DNA from: Felis catus
Taxonomy: Eukaryota
NCBI RefSeq assembly: GCF_018350175.1
Contig: NC_058373.1
Location: forward strand, 104,038,001-104,102,000
DNA: 64,000 nucleotides
Reading direction: 5' to 3'
How positions within the stretch are numbered: position 1 is the first letter of the stretch; each line of letters begins with the position of its first letter. A program made the position numbers and the translations under genes. Positions 36,080 to 49,445 of this stretch are shown one piece after another. Below the pieces are notes generated by a model. That model saw only the letters and a program-made list of their open reading frames with translations. It did no database searches and was not told where the DNA came from.

Positions 36080-36530
36080 GTGCCCCAGCTGAATGCAGCA
36101 CCCTTAAGAGTGGTCTGACCCATAGAGTACAGAACAGTCTAGTTAACTCCCTTTTCTTCTGTACAAAAGTATTAATGCAACCAGTGTTCCCTGTGGCTTT
36201 TTAATTTTTTTCTTTTGGTAGATTTTGCCTCATTTTGATGTCAGTCCAAATCCCTGAAGCACTTGTGCTATTATGTCACCATTTCCCCATCCCATACTTG
36301 ATTTGGGGACCCAAGTGCAAGACTTCACTTTTTTTTTTTTTCTTATTACATTCCTTTTTGTTAGATTTGGCCCACGGAGATATTTTTAGATTCCGAGCCT
36401 GCCTTCCAGCAAATAGCTTTTCCAGCCAGCTCCAGGCCATTTGCAAATGTGATTAGCATACCTGCTACATCATCAGCTGAGTTATTGATAAAAACGGTGA
36501 GAGCGAGAGGAGAGCCTGGAAGCACCAGTC
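36080..36530 (-). mobile_element. L3/CR1 LINE fossil covering the RT catalytic region
   Basis: 36501-36421 translates LTVFINNSADDVAGMLITFANGLELAG, resembling CR1 FNIFINDLD-x-KFADDTKLGG. Confidence 0.75.
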
Positions 36531-36570
36531 TAAACCTTCCTCTAGAGTGACATTCATAGGTTAGCTGCCC

Positions 36571-36980
36571 TATTAGTCAGGGTCCAACCAGGAAAAACAG
36601 AAACCACCCTGAGTGTTTAAGAGGGAGAGAATCTAATACAGGGGAGTTGTTTGATGGACAATGGAAGACGGGAGAAGTCAACCAGGGAGCAATAAAGCAA
36701 ACGGGTGTAGTGATGGCAGGAAGCCATTGTCACGCACAGGCTGGAGTACCCAAGGGGGGAGGGTCAGTAGGAGCCACAGAGCAGTGAAAGGTGGGCCCAG
36801 GGACTCCTACCCTGTCATAACCGCCACTCAAGTCACAGAGGTGAGGGGGGAGAAGTACCCAACTTCTTCATTCCTGCCATTGGCCTAACCCAGCTGGAAG
36901 CCTTCTTCCCAGCTTGGGAAACAGAGCTCTTGTGTGATAAAGTGGAGGAGCAGAAGAGGAAGAAATGGATTTGAGTTTCC
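36571..36980. mobile_element. Ancient ERVL-type LTR inserted beside or into the L3
   Basis: Starts tattagtcagggtcc; ccattggcctaacccagctggaagcc motif. Confidence 0.55.
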
Positions 36981-37244
36981 ACAGGCCCCGGATGGTATAG
37001 CACACCCCACCTCGCCCCAGCTTTTTTTTTAACCTATAAACTTTATTGAGGCTGATGATACAGCTCTCTTTTTCTGGGGCTATTTAGCCAGTTACTAACG
37101 GATTGTTCTTGAATCCAAGATAATTTCTCCATCTTGCTCACAAGAAAATAAGAGAAGAATTTGTCAAGTGTCCTGGTCCATACCCTTAACCCTATTTGAT
37201 TTATCCAAATAGATGGATGGTCCCATAAAAAATAAAATAAAATA

Positions 37245-37470
37245 GGGGCGCCTGGGTGGCGCAGTCGGTTAAGCGTCCGACTTCAGCCAGGTCACGATCT
37301 CGCAGTCCGTGAGTTTGAGCCCCGCGTCAGGCTCTGGGCTGATGGCTCAGAGCCTGGAGCCTGTTTCCGATTCTGTGTCTCCCTCTCTCTCTGCCCCTGC
37401 CCCGTTCATGCTCTGTCTCTCTCTGTCCCAAAAATAAATAAACGTTGAAAAAAAAATTTTTTTTTTAAAT
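37245..37470 (+). mobile_element. Young feline Can-SINE in an (AAAAT)n site
   Basis: Full element, (AAAAT)n on both flanks. Confidence 0.95.
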
Positions 37471-37552
37471 AAAATAAAATAAAATAAAAGGAAGACTACT
37501 ATGATCCTTTGCTTTCTTATCTGAACTCCCCACAATCATTGGACTATACGCA

Positions 37553-37765
37553 CAGGTTGGCCAACTACAGTCTATAGGCCAGATGCTGCCCAATGTTTGT
37601 TACCGTAAATAAAGTTTTATTGAATACATACTCATTCATTTCTGTGTTGCCTATGGCTGCTTTGATGCAACAAGGGTAGAGTTAAGCTGTTGTGACAAAA
37701 ACCAGATGGCCTGAAAAGCCTAAATTATTTACTATCTGATCCTTTACATTAAAAGTCAACTCCTG
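37553..37765 (+). mobile_element. MER58A-like hAT-Charlie MITE
   Basis: gtaaataaagttttattg...ctatggctgcttt...aaagcctaaattatttactatctg. Confidence 0.85.
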
Positions 37766-37919
37766 GTCTATAATTTACTTCTAGAAAGAATCCAATTATT
37801 TTTACTTTCTGAATATCAGACATTTCGCATCTTTGGCTTTTTCTTCCTCTTCCATTTTCTATTTTATCTCCTAGATCGTCAATAGTGGTTGAGCAATCTG
37901 TATTCTTTCCCTCAGGGGA

Positions 37920-38474
37920 CCTGAAAATGTCCCCACAATAACCGTTAAGACCTTATACAAAATGAACCCCTCTCGAACCTCATCTACCACCCCTAACCCC
38001 TTGTCCACTCCTGTTAAATTCTGTCTTGTTTGGGTTGGTCCATTCAGACCTTTTTAAATTCTGATTCTTTCTCGCTACCCCCTAGGACATGGTAGGCACA
38101 TCCTGCTGAAGGGTCTTGGCCCCTGTCTTTCTCTGTCCAGCCAGCTCTCAACCCCGATGTCTACAGAGATGCCTCCCATGTTCCTTTGCTGAAGATTCCC
38201 TTCTCGGTGAGCCTTTCCTGACTTTCTTATTCAAAATTGCCTCTCTCTCCCTGTAGTATCCCTCCTGCCCTTCCTGCTTTACTCTTCTCCATAGCACTTA
38301 GCACTTTCTGACATAATTATTTGCTTATTGTCTGTTCTCCCCACTCCCACTAGAATGGGAACTCCAGGAGGGCAGGATTTCCGTCTGCTTTGTTCACTAA
38401 TGCACCCCCAACATCTAGAACAGTGCCAGGCAATAATAGGTGCACAGTAAGTATTTTTTGAAAGAATGAATGAA
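37920..38474 (+). mobile_element. L2 3' portion
   Basis: Ends tctagaacagtgccaggc...aatgaatgaa. Confidence 0.75.
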
Positions 38475-40764
38475 AGTCAAGACACTAGCAAACTCATTTG
38501 GAGGAACTGACTACTCTCTTATATCTCCAGCCACCTCAGGTTCTCTTGTGTCATCTTCTGCGAGCAAGGAGAACGGGTACCGAATCATGCCTGCAGCTAG
38601 ACCCGCAAAGAGAGAACTTCAGTGTGGTTAACCATTAAGGATCTATTGGAGTTTGCATACAAGTTAATCACAAAGGAGTCTGTAGTCAACATTTTAGAGC
38701 CAAAGATGAAAGAAACTTGAAAGAGCCGTGTCTAGGTAGCAGCTGGTTTTTAATTGCTGTTCCAGGGACGTGTCCTTTCCCACCCCCACCCATGACCCTC
38801 CTTTAATAAAGGTGCTATGACTCAACCCTACATGGGTGTAATAGCTGTATTTGAAGAGCTCTGAGAAGTTTCTTATAACTCACTGAGCCGCAGGAAGACC
38901 TCCCAGCACCTAAGTCAGAGTATTTGTCCATGCCCACTCCTTTACCTTTTCTTATTCATAAAGACGTCTTCAGGAATATAGAACTGTAAAGCCCCAAATT
39001 CTTCACACACAGAGTCCTATCACGGGCTTGATGAAAGAAGGCTGATCTAAATATATTTCACTGGGTAAACTTTATTTCATTGTCAGCCAACAATTACTGT
39101 TTCAGACTGTGTTTATTGATCAAGTTGACTTTTTAAGGTTTTGAAATATGCTTAAGTACACAATACTGTATTTTTTTCAGCGTGAAGTTTCCATTGAATA
39201 TTTTGTACCTAAGCCTTCAGCATAATTGAAATCTTCGCAGAGCCTAAAAGTTAGCATTTTGTCTTTTTTTTTTTTTTAAATAAACCTGTACTTTCAGAAT
39301 ACCACTTCCTTTTTCAAACCCTTGTCTGTCTTCACTGTGGATCTTTTTCATTTGGGGATTATAAAATCATCTTTCTTTCAATTTTACCTTATAGAAACAT
39401 TTTACAAGTGTTCAGTCATTAAAGCATTAAGATCTATAGGACAACATCATTGTTGTTTTAAAATTAAACACGAAGCCACTGTGCCTCAGACCTTTTGCTC
39501 TGAGTCTTTGGGTAAAGCTCACACAAACGAACTATATGAGATGATCTAAGTTCTTTTCAACCACCCTTTAGGACCTAACTTCAGTGCTTGAAATTTATTT
39601 CTAAGTATTTTTATAGTTAATAAAAATATGATTAAAAAAAAGATTTAATCGCATCTCCAGTGCTAACCTAAAACTGTTTCCAATGACCTCCATTTCATGA
39701 TTTTACAACAGCCTTTTGTTCTGGGGTTTTCCAACTGTTTGCTAAGCATTTTTCAATGGAAGTCTCAATTAGAAGAAAAAAAAGGAAGGGGGGTACAATC
39801 ATTTAATTCAAAAATTAATTTGGAGATCAGGCAACTGACTTAGGCTCATGCCAGCAAATTAAGGCTTTCAGCCTTGGCCACATGATCCCAGGAACTGAGC
39901 AACAGCTGTCTGGCTGCTTTAATCCTCCTTAATTTGAGAGCAAAGAAACTCACATGTGTTTCTAAGAACATTTTTGGAGCACAAGAGGTCCATTTCTGGG
40001 GGACACCGTCTAATGCCCTTGTTCCGCTGATCTCATGTATTTCTAAGTTAATTTTTAAACCGCACATGAGCAGCAGGTGGCCTGGGGTGGGGGTGGGGGG
40101 AATGTCCCGTGTTGTTAAAACAGCTACGGAAGGAGGCTTGGAGAACCTCGTCCTCGTCCGGACCGTGGCCTGGGCCCCATACGCGAGGAAGGCGAGAGTT
40201 GCAGTGCTTGCCCTGACTTCCCCCTGAGAAAGAAGCTAGTGAAAGACCCACAGCCGTCAGGCTGCTTCTCCCCCTATGTGTGCAGCCCCTCGAGGCTCAT
40301 GGTCCCTAGAAGAACTTAATTAAACCCTGTGGATGGTTTTCCCAGAAGTAGATTAGGCCCTATGGTAAATGTGATCTTTTGGGGGAGGGGGGATCTTTGA
40401 TTCTCTCTGGACTTTTTTACTTGGGAGGGAAAAAGCTTACCGTCTGAAAAAAACTGGTGGGTCTCCCATGCGTTTCAAGTCTGATGAGTTGACAGGCAAC
40501 TGGGTTCTCAAAACTTTGTCTCTGGGATTTATGAATCAAAATGGAAACTCAGGAAGCCGAGCAGGGCTGGACCTCCAGGGGCTAGGCCGCAAAGATGTTT
40601 CTCTCGTACTCTCCGTCTCAGCTTTCTTTAATCTTCTTCCCCCTTGGTTTTCGTCTGGAGCCCTTCAAAGAGCCGCCTCCCTTCCTTTCCTTGCCCTTCA
40701 CCTACGCAGAGCCAGAGTTACTCTCAAAGAGAGTCTGATCAAACCCTTCAAACCAACGAGCGCA

Positions 40765-40962
40765 TAATAGCTAGCATTTCTTGATGTTTGACTTTCTGCC
40801 AGGCACTGGTCTAAGCATTTTACATGTATTATTACTTAATGCTTGTGACAACCCTATAGACGGGCATACTCTTACTTCTATTCTACGGAGGAGGCTAGGG
40901 GATTGTGAAATTCACACAGGGATTCCAACCCAGGGAGTCTCATCACCAAGCTTGTTCGCTTA
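40765..40962 (-). mobile_element. MIR
   Basis: tgccaggcactggtctaagcattttacatgtatta. Confidence 0.7.
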
Positions 40963-42689
40963 ATCGCACACCCCTGCAATCATTATGCCTCAGTGTGTCT
41001 GTACCAGAAGACTGGGAACCCAGCGTTGCTTCTCCCAGATCGGCCGCCATTGACTAGGGGACAGAGCCTTCAGCGAAGGAGTGAGGCTGTAACTGTGTGT
41101 GTTTCTAATCAGTGGAGCCTTCCCTGGGCCCCTGAAACCCAGTCCCCAAAGCGGTGGCCCATTCTGGCCTTGCCCTCAGCCTTTTGCACACTAACGAGCC
41201 AATTTGGAAATGGAATGAAATAATATTCATCAAGCCTCTATGACACAGAGTTATGTTCGAGTAAAAATATTCAGGGAGCCACAACCCTTTGGGTTATATG
41301 AATTTTCAGTTTCCTAATCCAACTTCCCATTCAAAACAGGAACCCCCTTTCCGAATCCTTGAAAGATAGTCTGTAAGCCTCTTACTTCCAATGCCAGCGA
41401 GTTCATTGTACGCCTCAGCTGACTGATCTTTACTAATTGTTAAAATGTTCTTATTCATACTGAGTGTGAGCCTGGCTCCCTATAAGTGCCATTTGCATTG
41501 AGGGTAAGACAAGTACAAGGGTGTGGCGTTACCTCCTCTCCTCAGACCTTTCCAAACGAAATTATATTCTCAAGGGCACTGTCATGGACCAGAGGGGATA
41601 CACGTGGGCCCAGGGTGGGAAGGCCAGCTCCACCAGCAGTGGCTCTGAGGATAAAGAAGCAGAGTTTTACCATTTTCTGTAGCAATGACAGAGCTGGGGG
41701 GCTTAACTCTGAAGAGTGGTCTTCTATCTCCTCAAACGCCCTGCCATCTGATCTGCCCTTCGTTTCGCAGTCCATACTCTCAACCCCCTTGACTTTGACA
41801 GCATATCCTTCCTTGACTGCACACCCCCCAATTATGCCTTCTCACAATGACCTAAAAAAAAGAAAAGAAAAGTGGGGTGCATGCTTGAAGGGCCTGGGCT
41901 GTGTGCTTCATTTTGTTACTGGCAGCCGGATCTCAGACCCACACTATTTGAGGTTTTCAGTATGTGATCCTTTGCAGAGCTCATGGTTGTACTTTTAAAA
42001 AATATTAATAAAGGAAAATACTGACTTTTATCAATAACGTGTGGATAAAGAGTAAGCAGCATATCAATAAGACACTGTCTTTAAGATTTGAATAAAGAAA
42101 AGGAATCTTCTGTGAATGAGCTATCTGCCCCCAAACGCGAGTCTTGTTTGCTTCAGGTTTGATGGGCTCACTTCCGGAAACCAGGAATCCTTATTAAAAG
42201 AGAAAAGTCCGTGTTCTTTCCGGAAGCGTCATTACGAGAGGGTGAGGGGACAAGAAAGACTCTCCTCTTGGCTTCCAAACTCTGATCCAGAGTTTACCCA
42301 GTCCAGTAGGGTAGTGCCGTCACTGTAAGGTATTCAGCCTTAATGCACCCACTCAGCTGGTGAAGAAGCACCACCAAAGTAATTACAACAGGGTAGGAGA
42401 AGAGACAGGAAGGTCTGAGGGTGATAGTCACGTTTGTGCTGATGTTAGTCAAGTTTTGGACTAAGTTGGTGGGAATAAGTATCTCGAGGAAACAGCAGTG
42501 AACAGTTCCAACATTTCGTGAATATAATTTGGGCGTGCTGAAATCAATAGGTTTCATAAATACTTTATTGTGATTGTTGAAATTTTTGGACCTTCTTGGT
42601 AGTTCACCTATTTCTTACTGACTGGATGGCAGACGTAATCAAGCATAGACCCCGAATTACATCATATATATAAATTACTGTGTGTTGGA

Positions 42690-42790
42690 AAAAACAATGA
42701 CTAGGAGTCAGAAGCCAGTTTTCTAGCCTCAACTTAAAAACAGTTAGCCATGACCTTGAGCAAGTCACTGAAGCCTGTGAACGTCTATGA
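42690..42790 (+). mobile_element. MIR fragment
   Basis: ggagtcagaag...tgaccttgagcaagtcact. Confidence 0.6.
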
Positions 42791-45700
42791 GAGAAGAACT
42801 TTAAGACCTCTTACATCTCTGCCAATTTAATGCTTTAGTGCTATATAATAGCTCACCCCAAAAGATATATCTATCACTATCTATTTCTCTCTCTCTCTCT
42901 GTCCATCCATCTATCCATCTATTCATATATCATTATCCATTTCTGCCAAGGGGTCCAATGTAGTCTCAGTTTCACTGTGTTTCCAAATTCAGCCATCAGA
43001 AGTCTTCAAAGGAAGCACTGTTGGAGGGAAGGCAGAAATGTATGGATGGCCAGATAAATAGTAACAGAACGGCAGATCTCAAAACAACTGAAGAGGCAGG
43101 AAGAAGGAATTAAATTGTGGTATTAAGAAAAACTTCAGTAGGGTAGGGGCTACATTTAATTAGGGCAGTGCCCAGCGTAGTACTTGTAGGTGCTCACTTA
43201 ACATTACTGAATGAATGTGATACTTATAAACAAGGACCCTCAGGAAATGGATAGAGCACGTTCCAGTGCAGGGTTAAGTTTCGAGGTGGGGGAGGGCACT
43301 ACCAGAGTTCAAATCCTATCCAGTGACTCTAGAAGCGCAGAGTCAGGCAACCACAAAGCACATTTTTGTATTCACGTTATGGGGTCTATGAATGTTCTGC
43401 GTTGACTCAAATCAGTCAGAAAAGCAAAAGTGCAGACAGGCCATTGCAAAACCAGTGCTAGGTCTGCTTTATGGAGAGCTCAGGGCAGTGTGGCCAGGAT
43501 GAAAGGTGGTCCAGCTGCAGAGGCGAGTTCTGGAAGAATGAGCGATCACTCTTGCTCTTTTCCTAGCACACATTTCCTGGTGAGGAAGAGCAAGCTTTCT
43601 ATAGCTGTCATCAGCAGGACCCAACCTGGGCATAATGATAAAGCCATCAAACTTTGCCTTTTGCAGCTCAGGGTCCTCTTTCTTCCATTTACCCCTGAAT
43701 TAGACTTGTTGCTGTCAACTCTTTGATTCAGGGGTCTGGCACCAGGAGCTCTGGGGAGGAGTTCTGTAGAGCTATTTTTAAAGGTGTTCATTAGGACAAC
43801 AGTACATTCAACTAGTCGTGCCCAACTATATATCATGCTGTTGGAGGCATAGTTACGTCGCCACACACCCACAATGGCGAAAACATATTGAAAACCGACG
43901 ATTTGGCTCCTAATTCTCTCTGCCTCTGATCCTGTAAAAATGCGAAGGCTTCCGTGGCGCCCTTTTGGCATGGGATGTAGTTAACTCCATTTTGAATAGA
44001 GATACCAAATCTGCTCCAAAATTTGGTTCAGTTATCACCTGGGTTACAAGTTGCCTGCCTCTAGGCTTCTCCACTTGAGTGGTATTTTTCTGCTTTATAA
44101 CCAAGCTTCTTGAGTGGTCATTTTGCAAGGCAACTGCAGGACAGCAAAGAGTGAAGGTGTTATTAATCCAAATGCATTCCAACAACCCAAGAACATCATT
44201 TCCTCCCGATTGCTGAGAAGCAAAAGAAAAATCCCCCCCGATATTTGAATCTCCCAAATAAAAGAGCAAGATGGAGGAGGAGGACCAGACTGGAAAACAA
44301 AAGAGGGGAGGAACCTCCAGGGAGAGGCGGCAGATGGTCCACCAGGTGGACCTTGACAGTCCACAGAACTGGCCAAACCGACTGGTGGACCAGGCAATTT
44401 TTAGCAATGATTGCAGTGTGAGCCAGAGTGCACCAGCCACGGGGCACGTTGCCAGTCATCACTCCTAGTGACATTCCAACCAGATAAGCAATACATTCAT
44501 TGCTGGAAGGGGGTTGAGGAACACTGGGGAGGAAGTTAAGGAGAACAGGCAGGCAGGCAGGCAGGCAAGATAGAATAAAGATGGAACAGAGCACGCTCGC
44601 AACCCACGTCTAACAGGTTCCAACATGTCTGAACAGGTAACTAGTAAGGTGGCTTAACCTTTGGTCTTTGCACACCCGGGGACATTGCTCTGTAAGAAAA
44701 ATTTGATTTACTCAAAGAAGTAATTAAATCTGGTGGCACAGTGCTAATCAGAATCGCATTCATCAGCACTCAGAGTTGGAAAATTCTTTCTCTCCCCTTT
44801 GTAAATGCCCAAACCCTGGGCACCTTATTATTCAAGTTTTTAATTAAAAAGGAACATGAACAGTTCAATAACCTGGAGCAATCCATCATGCTCACAACCT
44901 AATAAAAGAATGCGGGGTTGCAAAGACACTCGCCCCTCGACAGGATACTGTGAGCTCCATGGCGAGAAAGCCAGGAGTCACTCGGTTTTCTACCTCTCCG
45001 CTGACTTAACCGTCATATTACATACTTGCTGCTAAACTGCACGGAAGGTATTTCTAATCTCATGACGGTGACTGGAAGAGGTTGAAGGACGCAAATTAAG
45101 TCTCAGAGCAGTACAGCTGAGTAAGAATGGAAGGTCAGTCAGTTGACTCTTCCCACAATTCCCCGAACAAGGCAATTATTCATGAAGGAAATTTCAAATT
45201 ATTTTCATTAGACTTGTGTTTTACCAATCTAACCAAAGTGATTAATTAGGGATTAAAATATTTACTCTGCACATGCTGCCTTGGCTCAGCACTAGCATAT
45301 TTAAGCATTGTGCTAAAAGGGTCAGCTGTTTCCAGTATTGTTTGGAATTCGTTTCCTATTTTCTAGGTAAAAGGGCACTGACATGCATGTCCATAACCAT
45401 ACTTAGGGTCTCTCCAGGCACCACACCGGAGAAGAAGAAAGAGGCTTCAGAGCTCCCACCCTTGACCCCCAAATTTCTTCCTTGTTAGAACCACTTTGCG
45501 TCTATGGCCCTGGTTTTGCTGTATCTCAACGTCATTGGAACAAGGTGTTTAGCCCACCTGGGGGCCAACGACAACACCCTGATCAATGACACGTGATAGA
45601 GCAGTGACAATTGCGCAGCGGAATACATCGTGGCACACAGGTGTGAAGGAGACTACGAGAGCGGGGAGCTATTCCAAGACTTTAGAGGGCTTTTCAGCAC

Positions 45701-46229
45701 CATATGACTGCATAGAGCAAGTTATAATAACTATATCCTGTGTGTCGAGACGGTGGCAGCAGAAGTGGCTACTCAAACAGGATGCCCAAGGCTCACTTGT
45801 TCCAGGGGTACCCAACAGTGCCAGAGCATTTCTGAGTTTAAACTGCCACCTTAACAAGACTCCGAATGGGATACCAGTGTTCAGAAACTTCTAACCTTTT
45901 AAGAGATTGCTAAGACGTTGCATGGAAAGGAGGTGGTGAGAGAATTCCTTATATTGCTACTGGACACCCTCACTGAAGGGATGAGACTCGTGCGAGTTTC
46001 ATGATTGCACCTCTGAAGGTTTGTAAAGAGTAGTTAAGAAGATGCAGATGATCCTTAGGCATTTTCCCGTTGGCTTCCTGCCAACACTTGTAATCACGCT
46101 CCTTCGAGAGTTCTCACCAAGCCTTTAGAGATGTAGAAAACAAATTATATATATAACTACATATATAACCATATATGGGGTGACACCATTTATGGGAATA
46201 AACCAATTAGTGGTTCTGGAAGCAGAGAT

Positions 46230-46600
46230 GGTGAATAATGCAAGGTGATACATATGGAGAGGTAAATATAACCGCGATCTTTGGAGGGTACAGTTGAAGA
46301 AGAGAAGAGTGAGTCCACGACTTTGCAGGAATAAGCAGAGCTCGAAAGGGTGGGATGGGGGAAGTGGTGCCGTGAGAAGAAGGGGGAGCCATGTCTGAGG
46401 AAAATCACCAGGGTGGGGCACGCTGATGCCAAGACTGAAAAGCCTCCAGTGGAGAGGGATGAGTCCGCAGTGCCCTGAGCAAGGAGAGAGGTCCTGGATT
46501 GGTCAGAAGGAGGTATTTATTGACAAGGAGAGCTGTAGTTTCAGTGGAGTATGGAGGCCAAGAGCCAGATTGGCCGGAACCCAAGGAGACAGCTGGTGTG
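46230..46600 (-). mobile_element. Decayed L2
   Basis: gtagtttcagtggagtatggaggccaagagccagattgg. Confidence 0.5.
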
Positions 46601-46654
46601 GAGACGTGGCTATGGCAGCAGGTACAGCAGTGCGGCTCTGGAGTTTATCTAGCA

Positions 46655-47300
46655 ATCGTAATAATAACAACGAAAATTTGTTGAGTGCTTTCCATGCACC
46701 AGGTACTATGTAGGCAATATCTTACTTTCTTTAGTCCTCACAAGAAACCTGTGTTCATTTCATACACGGCTACTAAGAGCCAGAACCAGGATTCAAACCC
46801 AGGTCTGTCAGGGAGCAAAGATTATGCTCTCTTAATGAGCACAAAATGCAGTCTTCATAGAAGAGCAATGAGATGGGCACAGCTGGGAACATTAGTGACA
46901 GTTATGATGCCCAAAGGGATAAGATGTGGAGGACTGAGGGCCATCTCTCACCCCAGAACAATCATGTGCTCTAGGAGACTCTAGGGAGCAAATGTGAGGT
47001 TGGAAACCAGCAGGTTTGGATTCCAATTTTGACTCAGATCCCCCCAAACCTCTGAAAGTTACTCAACCTTCATGCCTCAGATTCAAAGGCACCCACTGAA
47101 CAAAAATAATACTGCACATTTTAACTAATTTGTGAGGCTATCGTAAGGATGAAATATAGTAAATTAATTCATTAAAATGGTTTACAATTATTTGGCAAAT
47201 GCTATGGGCCAGCACTGTGCTAATCACTTCACATGCATTCTTTCATCTGGTTCTCATGATAACCCCGTGCATAGGTACTATTATTCCCATGAGATAAAAG
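46655..47300. mobile_element. Cluster of MIR fragments in mixed orientation
   Basis: ggattcaaacccaggtctgtc; ttactcaaccttcatgcctcag; cactgtgctaatcacttcacatgcatt. Confidence 0.6.
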
Positions 47301-48456
47301 AGAAAGAAAGAAACATTTCATAAAGTTCAAAGAACCACAAGCACGTAAGGGGTGATTATGATTTTGTAGGAAGTAGCATTATCCAACTTGAAAAGGAGAC
47401 GGTAAAAAAAAAAAAAAATCTCTTCTGAACCTTCTGGAAAGAAAAAAGGATAGAGGCTGAGGTAAGGTATGCATAGATACGCAATTAGGAATCATGTGAT
47501 GTTACTGAAGGCTCGGCTACGGGGGACATTTTAGAGAGAAGCCATGTTGGTTACCTGAAATTCTGAATAACTGAATTTGGGATAATCTTGGCTGGATTTC
47601 TGAGAAAGAATGTATCAGATAGAAGACAAATTGATCTTGGCCAGCAGCTTTGAAACACTATCTGCCCCTAGAAGTTGGACGTGTTTCAGGGCATTTTAAG
47701 TCTCCAGGGAAGGTATACTTCGCTTTACCTTATATCTAACTTTTATGGCCACTGCAACCGCACCAAGATGAAAACGATGCATAACAGGATTTGCATTCCT
47801 TCTCAGAATATGACCGCTGCAAGCAAACAGTTCAGAACTTTCTTGTTAGCAATATTATTAGAAGTCTCAATCGTTTCCTCACAGGGCACAAGGCCCCGAG
47901 GGGAAAGAAGTCACCTGCCACTTTCTAATGTTATTTAATCTTTTTAGTCTGAGCTGTAAACTGTCAATCACGGCGAATGTTTAGTCGCCTTGAATGCTGT
48001 TTAATCAGTAGCATGCTCTGTATATCTATAAATACCTGATGACACAGGAATTAAGTCTTCACAATAATTACCCCACTACATCATTTGACATCATCACTCA
48101 CAGGCAAGGCCAAAACCGTTTTTAATCTCTCCTGGTTTTTCACTAAAAGAAAATGGTTCATTACGGCTACGTAAATGAAATTGCTATTTCACATTGAGAA
48201 AAACGGGGAACTGAGATCTGCACACGGGGCTGGGTATAACGTCTGAATGGCCCTGTCTGTCATTAAATGCTGCTGATGACAGGTTAATTATGATCATGTG
48301 ACCGGATTGCCAAGTGTGTGCAGCAAGAAACAAGAGCAGCCTTCGTTCAGCATTTGAGAAGTGATTCATGTTATGTGCACTGAGGTTCACGCTAATGTAC
48401 TCAGTTTGTTAAGGTCATTCAGAGATTACTGTTTTTTTTAAGTTGAGAAAAAAAAG

Positions 48457-48548
48457 GGGGCACCTGGCTGGTTGGTAGAGCCTGCGACTCCCGATCTTGG
48501 GGTCATGAGTTCGAAACCCATATTGGGCAGAGAGATCACTCAAAAAAA
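48457..48548 (+). mobile_element. Short tRNA-like Can-SINE
   Basis: Head with small deletion, B-box GAGTTCGAAA, gagatcact plus A-tail. Confidence 0.8.
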
Positions 48549-49246
48549 GTGTACAGAAAAAAGATGTCAGGTCAACCAGGAGGTCAACTGTGTACGTTTG
48601 TGACTGTGGCTGTTCCTCTCTTTCTAGCTTTCCTTGTCTTTCACTCTTTGTTCCTTTACTATTTTCTGCATTTTCCAAATCACGTATCCTGAATAGTTAT
48701 TTACAGAGAGAAATATAAATGCATCTTAAAAACGTGTTAAAATCATAACCATTTGGTAATATTGTGTAAAATAAAAACACACTTGGTTTGACACACTGTT
48801 ATGTTAAATGTAACAACACTCGCTTCAAGTGCCTGCTTGGCATGGATTCTCGGAATGCTGATCATAGGACCCCAATTTTCTATGGAGGGCTCTGTCAGCA
48901 TGATTATTGGGATGGATTCAATTTTGAGGGCTGTGAAAATGATGCTTGGTAATGGTGCAGAATATTTTCTGTTAAGTGTATGAAGCTATCGCTGTCTTTC
49001 CCTTTCGTTTCTTATTTCTTTCGCTTATGGTCTGTTTTTTAAGAAACACTTTAAAACTTGTATATTCCTGTCTGTGCAGAAAATTCATTCATTCACCCAT
49101 TCATGCATTCCATAAATATTTCTTGAACACTCATGAGTGCCAGGCCCAGTTCTAGGGGCTGAAATACAGCAAGGAGGAAAACAAACAAAAATCCTTGCCT
49201 GCATTGAGCTAAATCCTAGGGAGGGCAGGCCAAAGAAATAAGACAA

Positions 49247-49445
49247 TTAAAAATTTTTTTTAATGTTTATTTATTTTTGAGACAGAGGGAGGCAGAGCAT
49301 GAGCAGGGGAGGGGCAGAGAGAGAGGGAGACACAGAATCCGAAGCAGGCTCCAGGCTCTGAGCTGTCAGCGCAAAGCCTGATGTGGGGCTCGAACCCATG
49401 AGCGGTGAGATCATGGCCCAACTGACTGAGCCATCCGGGCACCCC
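49247..49445 (-). mobile_element. Feline Can-SINE with internal deletion in the tRNA head
   Basis: TSD aagaaataagacaa; segment between agatcatg and aactgactgag missing. Confidence 0.92.

Noticed and set aside
43546..44594. 141-, 176- and 132-aa minus-strand ORFs
   Set aside because: Mutually overlapping, no recognisable protein, no supported splice structure
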